From: an uncultured Gammaproteobacteria bacterium
GTDB lineage: Bacteria; Patescibacteriota; Patescibacteriia; VMEV01; CAYQCH01
Reading direction: 5' to 3'
Length of the DNA stretch: 64,000 nucleotides
Assembly (NCBI GenBank): GCA_964352335.1
Contig: CAYGRO010000002.1
Span: forward strand, 77,138-141,137
The notes below the pieces were generated by a model that was given only the letters and a program-made list of their open reading frames with translations, did not search any database and had not been told where the DNA came from. Each line of letters opens with the position of its first letter. Positions within the stretch are counted from its first letter, which is position 1. A program made the position numbers and the translations under genes. Below are positions 45,915 to 55,842 of this stretch, in pieces.

Positions 45915-46739
45915 TTATTCTTCTGATTCTTCTTTTTTAGGTCTTCCACGTTTCTTAGGTGCTGGTGCTTCTACTTCAGAGTCAGACATCATTTCATCTT
46001 CAGGCTCTTCTTCTAGAACAACAGGTTCTTCCGTTCGTACTGTTTGTGATTCTAAATCACTTTCTAATAGAACGCTAAAGTGATCTACGATAATTTGAGA
46101 TGCAATAGCAACGGCTTCTTTAATACCAAGAGTTCCATCTGTTTCGATATCTAATTGTACTTGTTCGAAGTTAGTTACTTGTCCTACACGTACATTATCT
46201 ACTTGCATTGCAACATTTTTGATTGGCGTATAAATAGAATCAATAGCCATCATTCCAATTTCTTTCTTTTCTTCAGATCGAGTTTCTGTTGGAACATACC
46301 CTCTTCCTTTAGAGGCAATTAATTCCATTTCAAACTCAGTAGATTCATTTGTTAATGTAGCAATGTGTAAATCAGGGCTTGTGATTTCAGCATCAGCATT
46401 TGCTTCAATATCTGCAGCAGTAATAGGACCTTTTCCTTTTTTCTTCAATGTTAAACGAACTTCTTCATCTGAATGAAGTTTCAATTTAAGTTGTTTCAGG
46501 TTTAAGATAATATCTACTACATCTTCTTTTACTCCATCTAATGTAGAAAATTCATGGTCAACACCTTTGATTTTTACAGAAATAATTGCAGCACCTGGAA
46601 TAGATGAAAGTAATACACGTCTTAATGCATTACCGATAGTAATTCCATACCCTGCGAATAAAGGCTCGATAGTCAAAACTCCACGATTCGTGTCGATTTC
46701 TTTGAGCTCAAACTTGTTTGGTAAAGGGATCTTTTCCAT
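45915..46739 (-). CDS. rpoA: DNA-directed RNA polymerase alpha subunit, N-terminal domain only; canonical alpha-CTD replaced by a short acidic tail with a KKRGRPKK AT-hook-like motif
   Basis: alpha-NTD motifs (GYGITIGNALRRVLLSSIPGAAI); 274 aa versus ~330 in typical bacteria. C-terminus EEEPEDEMMSDSEVEAPAPKKRGRPKKEESEE. Confidence 0.85.
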   Translation of the reverse strand: MEKIPLPNKFELKEIDTNRGVLTIEPLFAGYGITIGNALRRVLLSSIPGAAIISVKIKGVDHEFSTLDGVKEDVVDIILNLKQLKLKLHSDEEVRLTLKKKGKGPITAADIEANADAEITSPDLHIATLTNESTEFEMELIASKGRGYVPTETRSEEKKEIGMMAIDSIYTPIKNVAMQVDNVRVGQVTNFEQVQLDIETDGTLGIKEAVAIASQIIVDHFSVLLESDLESQTVRTEEPVVLEEEPEDEMMSDSEVEAPAPKKRGRPKKEESEE

Positions 46740-46774
46740 AGGTCTTATATTAAAATAGATGATTTATTTTTATT

Positions 46775-47410
46775 TTAGAATCTAGAGTAAAACTCAATGA
46801 TTTGGTTAGCTTCAATAGTATCTTTAAGATCATTGCTATCTGGGAAGCTTACAATTTTTCCTTCTAATGAACCAGCATCTAATGAAAGCCATGAAGGTAA
46901 TTGTAATTGTTTCAGTTTTTCAGAAAGATCTCTAAACATTGGTTTTTGTTTACTTGCATCTTTGATAGAGATAACATCTCCCATTACCACTTGGTAAGAA
47001 GGAATATCCATTTTCTTTCCATTCACAAGTAAATGACCATGAGTAACCATTTGACGAGCTTGTGTTCTAGAACCAGCTAATCCAAGTCTGTAAACAACAT
47101 TGTCGAATCTTCGTTCCAAAATTCGTTTAAGATCTAAAGCAGAATCTTCGTGAGTTGTTGCTTTTTTATAGTAATTCACGAATTGTTTTTCCATAACACC
47201 ATACATTCGTTTTGCTTTTTGCTTTGCACGTAATTGTTGTCCATATTCAGACATACGTGGTTGACGCTTAACACCATGCACACCTGGCATGTAGTTACGC
47301 TTAACAATTGCACATTTTGATGTATAACAACGATCCCCCTTTAAAAAGAGTTTTTCACCTTCGCGTCTGCAAAGTTTACATGAAGCTTGTAATGTAGTAG
47401 TTCGTGCCAT
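46775..47410 (-). CDS. rpsD: 30S ribosomal protein S4
   Basis: MARTTTLQASCKLCRREGEKLFLKGDRCYTSKC zinc-binding N-terminus and S4 domain. Confidence 0.9.
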   Translation of the reverse strand: MARTTTLQASCKLCRREGEKLFLKGDRCYTSKCAIVKRNYMPGVHGVKRQPRMSEYGQQLRAKQKAKRMYGVMEKQFVNYYKKATTHEDSALDLKRILERRFDNVVYRLGLAGSRTQARQMVTHGHLLVNGKKMDIPSYQVVMGDVISIKDASKQKPMFRDLSEKLKQLQLPSWLSLDAGSLEGKIVSFPDSNDLKDTIEANQIIEFYSRF

Positions 47411-47425
47411 AGGTATTCAATTCGA

Positions 47426-47815
47426 TTATACTCGACGTGGTTTTTTAGGTCGACATCCATTATGAGGAATAGGAGTTAAGTCTCTGATAGAAGTTACTTG
47501 CATTCCATTTGCATTAAGTGATCGAACAGCAGCTTCTCTTCCAGAACCGATTCCTTTTACAAATACATCTACTTCTTTGATCCCAGCTTCGTTTGCTCGT
47601 TCAACACAGTCTTTTACAATAACACCTGCAGCATAAGCTGTTGCCTTTTTAGGACCTCTAAATCCCATTTTACCAGCACTAGACCAAGAAACAGCATTTC
47701 CATTCTGATCAGTAATAGTAACAATAGTATTATTATAAGAAGCCTTAACATGCGCTTGTCCTCGTGGACCAACGTTATTTTTTACTTTTTTCTTTTTTAC
47801 AGGTTTAGCTGCCAT
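47426..47815 (-). CDS. rpsK: 30S ribosomal protein S11
   Basis: Typical S11 sequence (...[26 protein letters not shown]). Confidence 0.9.
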   Translation of the reverse strand: MAAKPVKKKKVKNNVGPRGQAHVKASYNNTIVTITDQNGNAVSWSSAGKMGFRGPKKATAYAAGVIVKDCVERANEAGIKEVDVFVKGIGSGREAAVRSLNANGMQVTSIRDLTPIPHNGCRPKKPRRV

Positions 47816-47844
47816 AGTAAGAGATATTAGATGTAGATGCTAGT

Positions 47845-48228
47845 TTAAGTTTTTGAAACAGCGATTTTACCACTTCCCATAGTTCGACGCACATTTCCTC
47901 GAACAGTACGATTATTGGTTTTTGTTCGTTGTCCACGCGCAGGAAGTCTTTTTGCATGACGTGATCCTCTATATGTTCCAATTGCTTTATAACGACGGAT
48001 ATTTGTTAAAACTTCACGTTTAAGATCACCTTCTGTTGTGTATTCACCTAATGCTTCACGAATTTTGTCTAAATCAGTTTCTGCTAGATCTTTTGTACGG
48101 ATAGATTCATCAATTCCAGCAACTTTTAATACAGCTTCTGAAGTTGTTCTACCAATTCCGAAAATATACGTTAAAGAAATAACGATTCGTTTTTCATTAG
48201 GAATGTTTACACCAGCAACACGTGCCAT
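47845..48228 (-). CDS. rpsM: 30S ribosomal protein S13
   Basis: MARVAGVNIPNEKRIVISLTYIFGIGRTTS. Confidence 0.9.
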   Translation of the reverse strand: MARVAGVNIPNEKRIVISLTYIFGIGRTTSEAVLKVAGIDESIRTKDLAETDLDKIREALGEYTTEGDLKREVLTNIRRYKAIGTYRGSRHAKRLPARGQRTKTNNRTVRGNVRRTMGSGKIAVSKT

Positions 48229-48320
48229 ATTGGTACAACTGACAATTAACCTCTGACCACTGACATGTTCTAAATCATGTCGCTCGTCAGGTGTTAGTTG
48301 TGAGTGGTTAGTTGTTTAAA

Positions 48321-48434
48321 TTATCCTTGTCTTTGTTTATGTCTTGGATTTTTACAAATTACAACAACACGTCCTTTTCGTCGGGTTGTACTGCAATCTT
48401 TACATCGTTTTTTTACAGAAGCCTGAACTTTCAT
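48321..48434 (-). CDS. rpmJ: 50S ribosomal protein L36 (37 aa; below ORF-track cutoff)
   Basis: Minus-strand translation [37 protein letters not shown] matches the L36 consensus (MKVRASVKKICRNCK..RRGRV.VIC.NPKHKQRQG). Confidence 0.8.
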   Translation of the reverse strand: MKVQASVKKRCKDCSTTRRKGRVVVICKNPRHKQRQG

Positions 48435-48446
48435 AGTGTTGATAAA

Positions 48447-48734
48447 TTAGTAACGGAAGACAATTCGTCCTTTTGTTAAGTCGTATGGAGTCATTTCTAC
48501 TTTAACTTTATCTCCAGGGGTAATACGGATGCGAAACATACGCATTTTTCCACCAAGATGAGCCAAAATTTCATGTCCATTGTCTAATTCTACTTTAAAT
48601 GTTCCCGCTGGAAGTGACTCAAGAACTTCACCATCAACATGGAGAAAGTCACCGTCTTTTTTCCCAGCAGCCGCTGCTCGTTCTTCTTTACTTCGACGAA
48701 CAGGTTGCTGACCCTTCTTATTTTTTTTTGCCAT
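48447..48734 (-). CDS. infA: Translation initiation factor IF-1 with ~25-aa Lys/Arg/Ala-rich N-terminal extension
   Basis: The C-terminal 70 aa ([61 protein letters not shown]) are a canonical S1-like IF-1. Start chosen at Met47 of the longer ORF (48734) because the upstream ORF part is hydrophobic and improbable. Confidence 0.7.
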   Translation of the reverse strand: MAKKNKKGQQPVRRSKEERAAAAGKKDGDFLHVDGEVLESLPAGTFKVELDNGHEILAHLGGKMRMFRIRITPGDKVKVEMTPYDLTKGRIVFRY

Positions 48735-49020
48735 AAGGTCAAGAACCGAAAAATGAAGTAGAAACAAATAAACCACAAGACCTGCTAAGCAAGTGATAGA
48801 GGTCTTCTGGCACATTTTATGCTTAAAAAAAATGGGATTTCCCATTCCTTTTAGGTTGCTGACAGTATACAATATCTCTTGGGATTGTCAACATTTGAGT
48901 GTTCATCTAATCCATTTTTCTAAATCTTAGTCAATTCCCCTATTTTAGGGGCTTTTTACAGAGTTATCCACACCCAATTCCGAAAGCCTCAAAAGACACA
49001 TCCACCTTGAATTCTTATAT

Positions 49021-49659
49021 TTAATTATGAAATTCGAGGGAATTAATGAGACTTTTCAAGGTTTCATTCTCTTCTGGATATGAAATGATATAGTTTAAAC
49101 CTTTATGCCCTACAAAAAGGAAGACCATTTTTTGATCAAAATGACGCTCACCTCTTGGGCTTTTAAAGGTTTCAGTAATAGTAAACTGGTAAGAATTTTT
49201 ACCAGCAAATTCTGTTCTTTCAATGGTGCTAACTAATTTTGTATCTGAATTTAAACTATTATCTTCAGTATTTACTCGCCAAATCTCATTTGCAAAATCA
49301 ATTAGCGGCAATTCCATCTGGTCTTTAAGATGTTGCAAAGTCAATGATTCTGGGTCTTGGACTTCTACACTCGCAATTTCTCGAGAATCCATTTCTATGA
49401 AACGTAATGAATTTGATTGATTTGGCTCTTTTAAGTAATCCAAGCTTAACGGTTTATCTAAATCATCAGATAATTCAACAGAATAGAAAAAAACTTCATT
49501 TACTAAACGACCATCTTCTTTAGCTTGATCAAGAGATCGAAAGTTCGTTACCTTGCCTGAATCTGGATTATCATTCGTAAAATTAATCTTATTCGGTTGA
49601 GTAGCACACCCAGCGCCGAGTAAAATCAACCCAAGTGTTACTGATAGAAGTTTTTTCAT
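49021..49659 (-). CDS. Lipoprotein, unknown function
   Basis: Signal peptide with a lipobox (LLGAGC); 212 aa. Confidence 0.45.
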   Translation of the reverse strand: MKKLLSVTLGLILLGAGCATQPNKINFTNDNPDSGKVTNFRSLDQAKEDGRLVNEVFFYSVELSDDLDKPLSLDYLKEPNQSNSLRFIEMDSREIASVEVQDPESLTLQHLKDQMELPLIDFANEIWRVNTEDNSLNSDTKLVSTIERTEFAGKNSYQFTITETFKSPRGERHFDQKMVFLFVGHKGLNYIISYPEENETLKSLINSLEFHN

Positions 49660-50519
49660 AAAATTTTATTTATCAATGTATTAACAGGATTCATATCTCC
49701 ATCACCAGTAATAATTGCATCAAAGGATGCTTGATAGAGTTTTAGCTCATCATTTACTTGGTAATCTGTATTATAAAAACCAATTGTGAGTAGCTCATTA
49801 GAGTCAAAACCGTCAATCATACCAAGATCACCTAAACCATCCCTCATAAGTAGTACATTTTTTCTCTCTTTTACTTCCTCATACACGGGTAACCCTTTGA
49901 TAATCACTTCATATTTGTTTAAAGAATGTACGATAGGCTTTTTAACGCCAGTTACTTTCCCATCAGTATCAAATTCAAACAAATTTGTGACTAAATGAAT
50001 ATTTGGATAATTTCTTCCCGTTTTTTCTAGATACAAACGAATCATATCTCCTAAACTAGCAGACATGATCACAACAGGTATTTCTTTTTCATGCATGAGG
50101 TCTAAAAACTCTAGGGCACCTTCTCTAAACATTCTTGGATATTGATCTACAACTTCTTGTAAAACATCTAATGTTAATCCACTTTTAGCCAGAAGATCAA
50201 AATGCGCTTGCCACCAATCGTCCATCTCTTTCACTCGCTCTGCAAGTGGAATGGTTTGGTCTACTTCTATTGGTTGATAATGATTGTATAAACGATGCGC
50301 TTCTGCGGCATATTCTTCTGAAAGATAATTTCCAGAACGAAGCCGAGAAATAATAGAAGGCGTTTTTTCTCCATCAATCATTCCTTGGGTAAGGGTTCGA
50401 TCAAAGTCGGTTAACACATGTAACTTTTCTGGACCAGCTTCTTTGAGTTTTTGAAGCTTGGCATCGAAAGCTTCTTTATTTTGGATAAGGAATTCTTGGT
50501 TCTGGGGAAGTTTTTCCAT
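49656..50519 (-). CDS. HAD-superfamily 5'-nucleotidase-like (UMPH-1/cN-III-type) hydrolase
   Basis: Motif I HVLTDFDRTLT and a downstream DGLGDLGM (motif IV-like); overall length and cap consistent with the pyrimidine 5'-nucleotidase family. Confidence 0.45.
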   Translation of the reverse strand: MEKLPQNQEFLIQNKEAFDAKLQKLKEAGPEKLHVLTDFDRTLTQGMIDGEKTPSIISRLRSGNYLSEEYAAEAHRLYNHYQPIEVDQTIPLAERVKEMDDWWQAHFDLLAKSGLTLDVLQEVVDQYPRMFREGALEFLDLMHEKEIPVVIMSASLGDMIRLYLEKTGRNYPNIHLVTNLFEFDTDGKVTGVKKPIVHSLNKYEVIIKGLPVYEEVKERKNVLLMRDGLGDLGMIDGFDSNELLTIGFYNTDYQVNDELKLYQASFDAIITGDGDMNPVNTLINKIL

Positions 50520-50627
50520 AGTAGAAAGTTTGTGAAACTTTAGTTACAGGTTGCAAGGTTGAAACTCTAATGCTTTACAACTTTACTCCCATACGATTCT
50601 ATGCCTTTACACTTTACGCTCTACGCT

Positions 50628-52481
50628 TTACTCAATAACAGCCTTAATTCGCCTCACACCTGCAGAACTCGCTTCTTCTTTTTTAATTTTGAAGCTACCA
50701 AGTTCTTTAGTGTTTTTTACATGAGGGCCACCGCAAATTTCGTAGGAGAAATCTCCCATTTTGTAGACTTTTACATTATTCCCGTATTTATCTTCAAAAA
50801 GTCCAATAGCCCCATTCTTACGAGCCTCTTCGATATCTAATTCTTCAAAGCTCACTTCTAATTCACGATTAATTTGTTCATTCACAATAGCTTCTACTTG
50901 TTGCTTTTCTTCTGGTGTCAATTTTCTGTCGAAATTAAAATCAAATCGTAAACGTTCCGGTGTAATATTACTTCCCTTTTGTTCAACCTCTTCTCCTAAA
51001 ACATTCTTTAAAGCTTGGTGAAGTAAATGGGTTGCGGTATGTAAACGAGTAGAAGCTTCTGAATGATCGGCTAAACCACCAGCAAATTTTTGTTTTGCCC
51101 CTTCTCGCGAAAGATTTTGATGTTGTTCCATTTCTACAGTAAAAGCAGGCATATCTACTTCTAGTCCTTTTTCAGCAGCAAGCTCTTGGGTCATTTCTAC
51201 CGGGAAACCATAAGTAGCAAATAATTGAAAAGCTTGTGGACCTGTAATAGCAGCTTGATGTTCTAGTTTCTCAAATTCTTTAAGTCCTTTTTGTAGGGTT
51301 TTTTTGAATTTTTCTTCTTCATTTGTAACAGCTTCTAAAACAAACCCCTTCTTTGTTTCTAACTCTGGATAAGCTTGTTTGTATTGCTCAATAAATCCTT
51401 CAATAATTTCACCACAGAATTTTTCTTCAATTTCTAGTACATGACCAAATCGAACAGCACGACGAATTAAACGACGTGTAAAGTAACCTTGATCTTTATT
51501 ACTTGGTACAGCTCCATCTGCAATCAAGAATGTTGCTGCTCGTAAATGATCCAGTATCACACGATAAGCAGATGTAATGTCCTTTGAATCCGTATAGCTT
51601 TTCCCTGAAACAGCTTGTATTGCTTCTCGAGCTTTATCAAAAATTGTAAGTAAGAAAACATCTGCAACATCTTGATTGGCAGCCGCTAAACGTTCTACCC
51701 CACCACCAAAATCAATGTTTTTATTTGGCAAAGTGTTAAACCCATCATTCGTTTTAACATATTGCATGAATACATTATTCCCAATTTCAAAGAAGCGACC
51801 ACAATCGCAAGCGACATGACAGGGCTGATCATTCCATTCTGAATTTTCATGGAATTGTAAATCAGCTCCAAAATCCCAAAACATTTCTGAATCTGGACCA
51901 CCAGGTTCTCCTACTGGCATTTTTTCTGGGACACCAACTCGAGACCACCAGTTTTCTGATTCTGGATAGTAAAAAATTTTACCATCTTGCATTCCGTCTC
52001 GTTCAGCAAAATCTACAATACCTGCTTCAATACCAACACTCGCGAATTGTTTTTTCCACAATTCTGCTGCTTCTGTATCTTTTTCTAAACCTAATCCCTC
52101 ATTTCCACGATAGACAGAGATATAAAGTCGACTGGGATCTAAATTGATTTCGTTTACTAAAAAATCAAAAATCCATTCAATTTGTTCATTTTTAAAATAA
52201 TCACCTAAAGACCAATTCCCAAGCATTTCAAAGAATGTTGTATGACGGTTGTCTCCAATTTCTTCGATATCACCAGAACGAAAACATTTTTGAGAATCTG
52301 TTAAGCGAGTCCCTTCTGGGTGTGATTCTCCTAAGAGATAAGGGACCATTGGTTGCATTCCAGACCCTGTGAATAAAGTTGTTGGGTCATTTTCTGGGAT
52401 TAACGAAGCTGAAGCAAGCCGTTTATGCCCCTTTTGTTCAAAATAAGATAGATATTTTTCTCTAATTTCATTGATATTCAT
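50628..52481 (-). CDS. alaS: Alanine--tRNA ligase, short form (catalytic + tRNA-binding + editing HxxxH, lacking the C-terminal C-Ala/DHHA1 region)
   Basis: N-terminal class II AlaRS motifs (FTGSGMQPMVPYLLG...RHTTFFEMLGNWSLGDYFK) and editing-site HTATHLLHQAL; 617 aa versus ~870 in typical bacteria. Confidence 0.8.
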   Translation of the reverse strand: MNINEIREKYLSYFEQKGHKRLASASLIPENDPTTLFTGSGMQPMVPYLLGESHPEGTRLTDSQKCFRSGDIEEIGDNRHTTFFEMLGNWSLGDYFKNEQIEWIFDFLVNEINLDPSRLYISVYRGNEGLGLEKDTEAAELWKKQFASVGIEAGIVDFAERDGMQDGKIFYYPESENWWSRVGVPEKMPVGEPGGPDSEMFWDFGADLQFHENSEWNDQPCHVACDCGRFFEIGNNVFMQYVKTNDGFNTLPNKNIDFGGGVERLAAANQDVADVFLLTIFDKAREAIQAVSGKSYTDSKDITSAYRVILDHLRAATFLIADGAVPSNKDQGYFTRRLIRRAVRFGHVLEIEEKFCGEIIEGFIEQYKQAYPELETKKGFVLEAVTNEEEKFKKTLQKGLKEFEKLEHQAAITGPQAFQLFATYGFPVEMTQELAAEKGLEVDMPAFTVEMEQHQNLSREGAKQKFAGGLADHSEASTRLHTATHLLHQALKNVLGEEVEQKGSNITPERLRFDFNFDRKLTPEEKQQVEAIVNEQINRELEVSFEELDIEEARKNGAIGLFEDKYGNNVKVYKMGDFSYEICGGPHVKNTKELGSFKIKKEEASSAGVRRIKAVIE

Positions 52482-52529
52482 AGGATTTCTCTATTTTCAT
52501 TGATCTTTGTAGATTCCTAGTTTAACGAA

Positions 52530-53417
52530 CTATTTCACATCTTTCAATGCCCATTCATGGCCATGATGCTTCATTCTAGTTAGAAGTAACTTGTCGATCG
52601 TGTCGGCCTCTTCTTCAGAAGAAGTATATCGATATCCCGATAATTCTTCGAAAGCTTGCTTCAAATCTTCCGGCATATTTACTAAGAGATTGCCAGAAGG
52701 AAGATCGTGGGTGCGTAAGAATGAGTTAGCCAGAGATTCATAGGCTGTAGCAGGATGAATATCTCTTGTGAGACTACTATCAACAGGATCCAAATATTGT
52801 AGAATGACACCTACAGAATCTAAAAGCCCCAGTGCATACTTTGAATCCGAATCCTGAGGCATAAAATCTCCCTCTCCATTCGCAATTCGATTCTCATATT
52901 CAATTTGCCGTACTCGATTATACTCAGTGTTTAGATCAACAGTAAGAATTAATCGTTCATCCTCTGATAATTCTTTCCCATCTAAAATCTCGCCTATCAA
53001 AGTGATTGCGTCATCGAATTCGTCTATAGGGTGAGAACCCAGCTGCTGAACATATCCTACATAAAAAGATCGGAAATCAGAAAAAACACTCTTGAAAAGA
53101 GATAATACTGCAAGTTTCCCAAATTCATTTTCGATAAAGTCAAAAAATTTTTTTCGATCTTCAAGCTCCATCGTCGAACTAAAATCAGGTGATTTGTATT
53201 CAGACTCAGGAATGATCAATCTCGATACCTCATCACCTAAAAACGCCATGAAAGCAACTTTCTCTCTTTCTAACTCAACAGAGCGCATCAATTCAGCTAA
53301 ATGCTGTGCTTGTTGCTCAATATCATTTTCTGCATTCCCTCGTCCTAATTCCCGTTTTCTTTGGTCCATAGTATTTATCAAAAGCTGATAGTTAAGATAG
53401 AGAAATTTTGTTAACAA
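52530..53417 (-). CDS. Hypothetical cytoplasmic protein
   Basis: 295 aa ORF, no recognisable motif. Confidence 0.3.
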   Translation of the reverse strand: MLTKFLYLNYQLLINTMDQRKRELGRGNAENDIEQQAQHLAELMRSVELEREKVAFMAFLGDEVSRLIIPESEYKSPDFSSTMELEDRKKFFDFIENEFGKLAVLSLFKSVFSDFRSFYVGYVQQLGSHPIDEFDDAITLIGEILDGKELSEDERLILTVDLNTEYNRVRQIEYENRIANGEGDFMPQDSDSKYALGLLDSVGVILQYLDPVDSSLTRDIHPATAYESLANSFLRTHDLPSGNLLVNMPEDLKQAFEELSGYRYTSSEEEADTIDKLLLTRMKHHGHEWALKDVK

Positions 53418-54646
53418 GCACCCTCACTAGTTTCTGTCACCCCAGCATTTCCTGCTAAACAACTATTTCCATAGGTTCGCCCATTGCTTCCACAAACAGG
53501 GTTAAAGTCAGCTGGACATTCTTCTTGTGGGTAGAGAGATGAAATATCTCGGCCTGAAATTAATGTGTCTGCTAATAGTGTGTAAACTCCTTTTGGATAA
53601 AATTCCGTATCTGCTTTAATAGAAAAAACAAGAGCATAATCATTACCTGTAGAGAAATAGCGTAAATCAAGCAAATCTTGTGGAAGATCAATTTCATGAT
53701 AAACAATAGGGTCTTTTAATGTCCCGAAAAAACCATTTGGATTGGTTAAAATCATTCTTCCTGGTTTCCCAATAACATCCCCCTCTAATTGACTCAGTGG
53801 ATAGCCGTTTATATCTGAATAATAAAAACCTAATGCGGTTTGCAATTCGAGCATTTCATTGATCACTGCTAAAGCATCGTCTGATGCTTCTAACAACTGA
53901 TATTGCTTTGACGTCAAATATTCACTGCGACGCATTAACTTACCACCAACATGCCAATAATATTTATCTCGCGCTAAATAACCAAAATGCTCTAAAGACA
54001 ATGGACTTGTTAATTCAAAGGTGATGAGAACTGTCCCCTCTTTTTCTAATCGACGAATAACGCCTTCATTTAATGCTTCTGTAACTCCACGGTCAGATTG
54101 ACCTGTAATTTCGGCATTTACAGCGCGAGTAGCAATATCAATTTCTGTTAAAGAATGATAATAAGCATTGGACAATTGTAAACGAGAAAACTCTTTAGGA
54201 TCTACACCAATGGCCAAATCTTTAAAGACGCGTTCAGCATCTGCTGGCTGACCAATGAAATAGCGTTGATTATTTTCTGGCCATACATACCAAGCCTGAT
54301 TATTTTCTTCTGTTTGTAATAAAATTCTTCCAGAAAACTGTTCTGCTAATTCCGTATCAACTTGACTTGAATGAACACCTTCTCCTTTTAACTTTTGCAA
54401 ATTTTCATTACTAATCCCAAGACCAAGTTGTTGCATTAAAGCTAGTGCATCCTCTGGTTTGCCTAAATAATGAATTTTTCCTGTGGTTCGATCGGCATAC
54501 CATGCTTCATCAGGTTTATCTGTTTGAATAAGAAAATGCCCTTTTAGCTCTTCTGTTAAACCAGAATTGATATTGCCTGAACTAGACGGTATTGCTAATA
54601 CGGCAAATAGTCCAAAAAATAGAGCTGTATATCTTAAAGCTTTCAT
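53411..54646 (-). CDS. Secreted protein with two N-terminal repeats and a C-terminal Kazal-type inhibitor-like domain
   Basis: Signal peptide; internal duplication (FLIQTDKPDEAWYADRTTGKIHYLGKPEDA / ILLQTEENNQAWYVWPENNQRYFIGQPADA). The C-terminus CPADFNPVCGSNGRTYGNSCLAGNAG fits the Kazal C-x6-PVCG-x2-G-x-TY-x-N-x-C spacing. Confidence 0.5.
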   Translation of the reverse strand: MKALRYTALFFGLFAVLAIPSSSGNINSGLTEELKGHFLIQTDKPDEAWYADRTTGKIHYLGKPEDALALMQQLGLGISNENLQKLKGEGVHSSQVDTELAEQFSGRILLQTEENNQAWYVWPENNQRYFIGQPADAERVFKDLAIGVDPKEFSRLQLSNAYYHSLTEIDIATRAVNAEITGQSDRGVTEALNEGVIRRLEKEGTVLITFELTSPLSLEHFGYLARDKYYWHVGGKLMRRSEYLTSKQYQLLEASDDALAVINEMLELQTALGFYYSDINGYPLSQLEGDVIGKPGRMILTNPNGFFGTLKDPIVYHEIDLPQDLLDLRYFSTGNDYALVFSIKADTEFYPKGVYTLLADTLISGRDISSLYPQEECPADFNPVCGSNGRTYGNSCLAGNAGVTETSEGAC

Positions 54647-54649
54647 AAT

Positions 54650-55753
54650 TTAGCTAATAATTGCATTTCCTAATAATTCATCACCTTGATAAAAAACAAT
54701 TACTTGACCAGGTGTAATTGCTCTTTGTGATTGCATAAACCGAACAAAAAGCTTTGATTCATCTTCATGTGGACGAAAAGAAAGCTCAACATCTTGTAGG
54801 TCTTGATTATACCTAATTTTTGCTTTGCATTCCATTGGAAGTTTTTTGATTTTTCCATCTACCCAATAAAGCTCTTCACAAATAAGTGAGTCTTCTAATA
54901 AATCTTGTTCATTATTACTCACGATCAAAGTATTTGATTTCGCATCTTTTTTCACAACAAAGTATGGTTTTGTCTCTTCTGACTGAACTTTGATATGCAA
55001 ACCTTTTCTCTGACCAATTGTATAAAAAGCAACTCCATCATGCTCCCCTATTTGATTACCATTTTTATCTTGGATTACTCCCTTATCTTGTATTGTATAT
55101 TGTTCTAAAAATTTTTTTAATTTCACATCACCAACAAAACAAATACCTTTTGTTGATGGTTTATCTGCAACAAGATCTAAACCTAATGCTTTTGCTTTTT
55201 CTCTTACTTGTGCTTTTGTAAAAACCCCAATTGGAAAAAGAGAATGACGTAATTGGTGTTGATTCAAACTCGCGAGAAAATACGATTGATCTTTTTCAGA
55301 ATCAATACCTCTCAAAATTTTATACCCATCTCTTTGTTCTTTTCCTGATTGAGGAAAACGTCGAATATGGTGACCCGTTGCAATATAGTCTGCTCCATTC
55401 TCTAAGGCCCAATCTAAAAAGGATCCAAATTTAATTACCTGATTACACAAAATATCTGGATTTGGCGTTCTCCCAGCGGTATATTCTTGTACAAAATAGG
55501 AGAAAACATACTCTTTATATTCTTTTTCAAAATTAACCGTTTCAATCGGAATATTTAACTGAGCCGCAATTGCAATTGCATCTCGACGATCTTCTACCCA
55601 TGGGCAGTATCCAGCATCTTCTAAGTCATCTGACCATATTTTTAAGAAGACCCCCCTTACATCGTATCCTTGCTCCAATAACAAAGCCCCTGCAAGTGCT
55701 GAATCAACACCTCCAGAAAGACCTAAATAAACAATGGGCTTTTGATTAGTCAT
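54650..55753 (-). CDS. mnmA: tRNA-specific 2-thiouridylase MnmA
   Basis: PP-loop YLGLSGGVDSALAG and a catalytic Cys region; 367 aa. Confidence 0.85.
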   Translation of the reverse strand: MTNQKPIVYLGLSGGVDSALAGALLLEQGYDVRGVFLKIWSDDLEDAGYCPWVEDRRDAIAIAAQLNIPIETVNFEKEYKEYVFSYFVQEYTAGRTPNPDILCNQVIKFGSFLDWALENGADYIATGHHIRRFPQSGKEQRDGYKILRGIDSEKDQSYFLASLNQHQLRHSLFPIGVFTKAQVREKAKALGLDLVADKPSTKGICFVGDVKLKKFLEQYTIQDKGVIQDKNGNQIGEHDGVAFYTIGQRKGLHIKVQSEETKPYFVVKKDAKSNTLIVSNNEQDLLEDSLICEELYWVDGKIKKLPMECKAKIRYNQDLQDVELSFRPHEDESKLFVRFMQSQRAITPGQVIVFYQGDELLGNAIIS

Positions 55754-55842
55754 AGTCCAATATTAAATCACAGAAACTAGGATTAGTCAAGATTCTAGCA
55801 ACTTGGGTAGTCGCTACTTTCCTACTCTCCTACAGGCTATTT

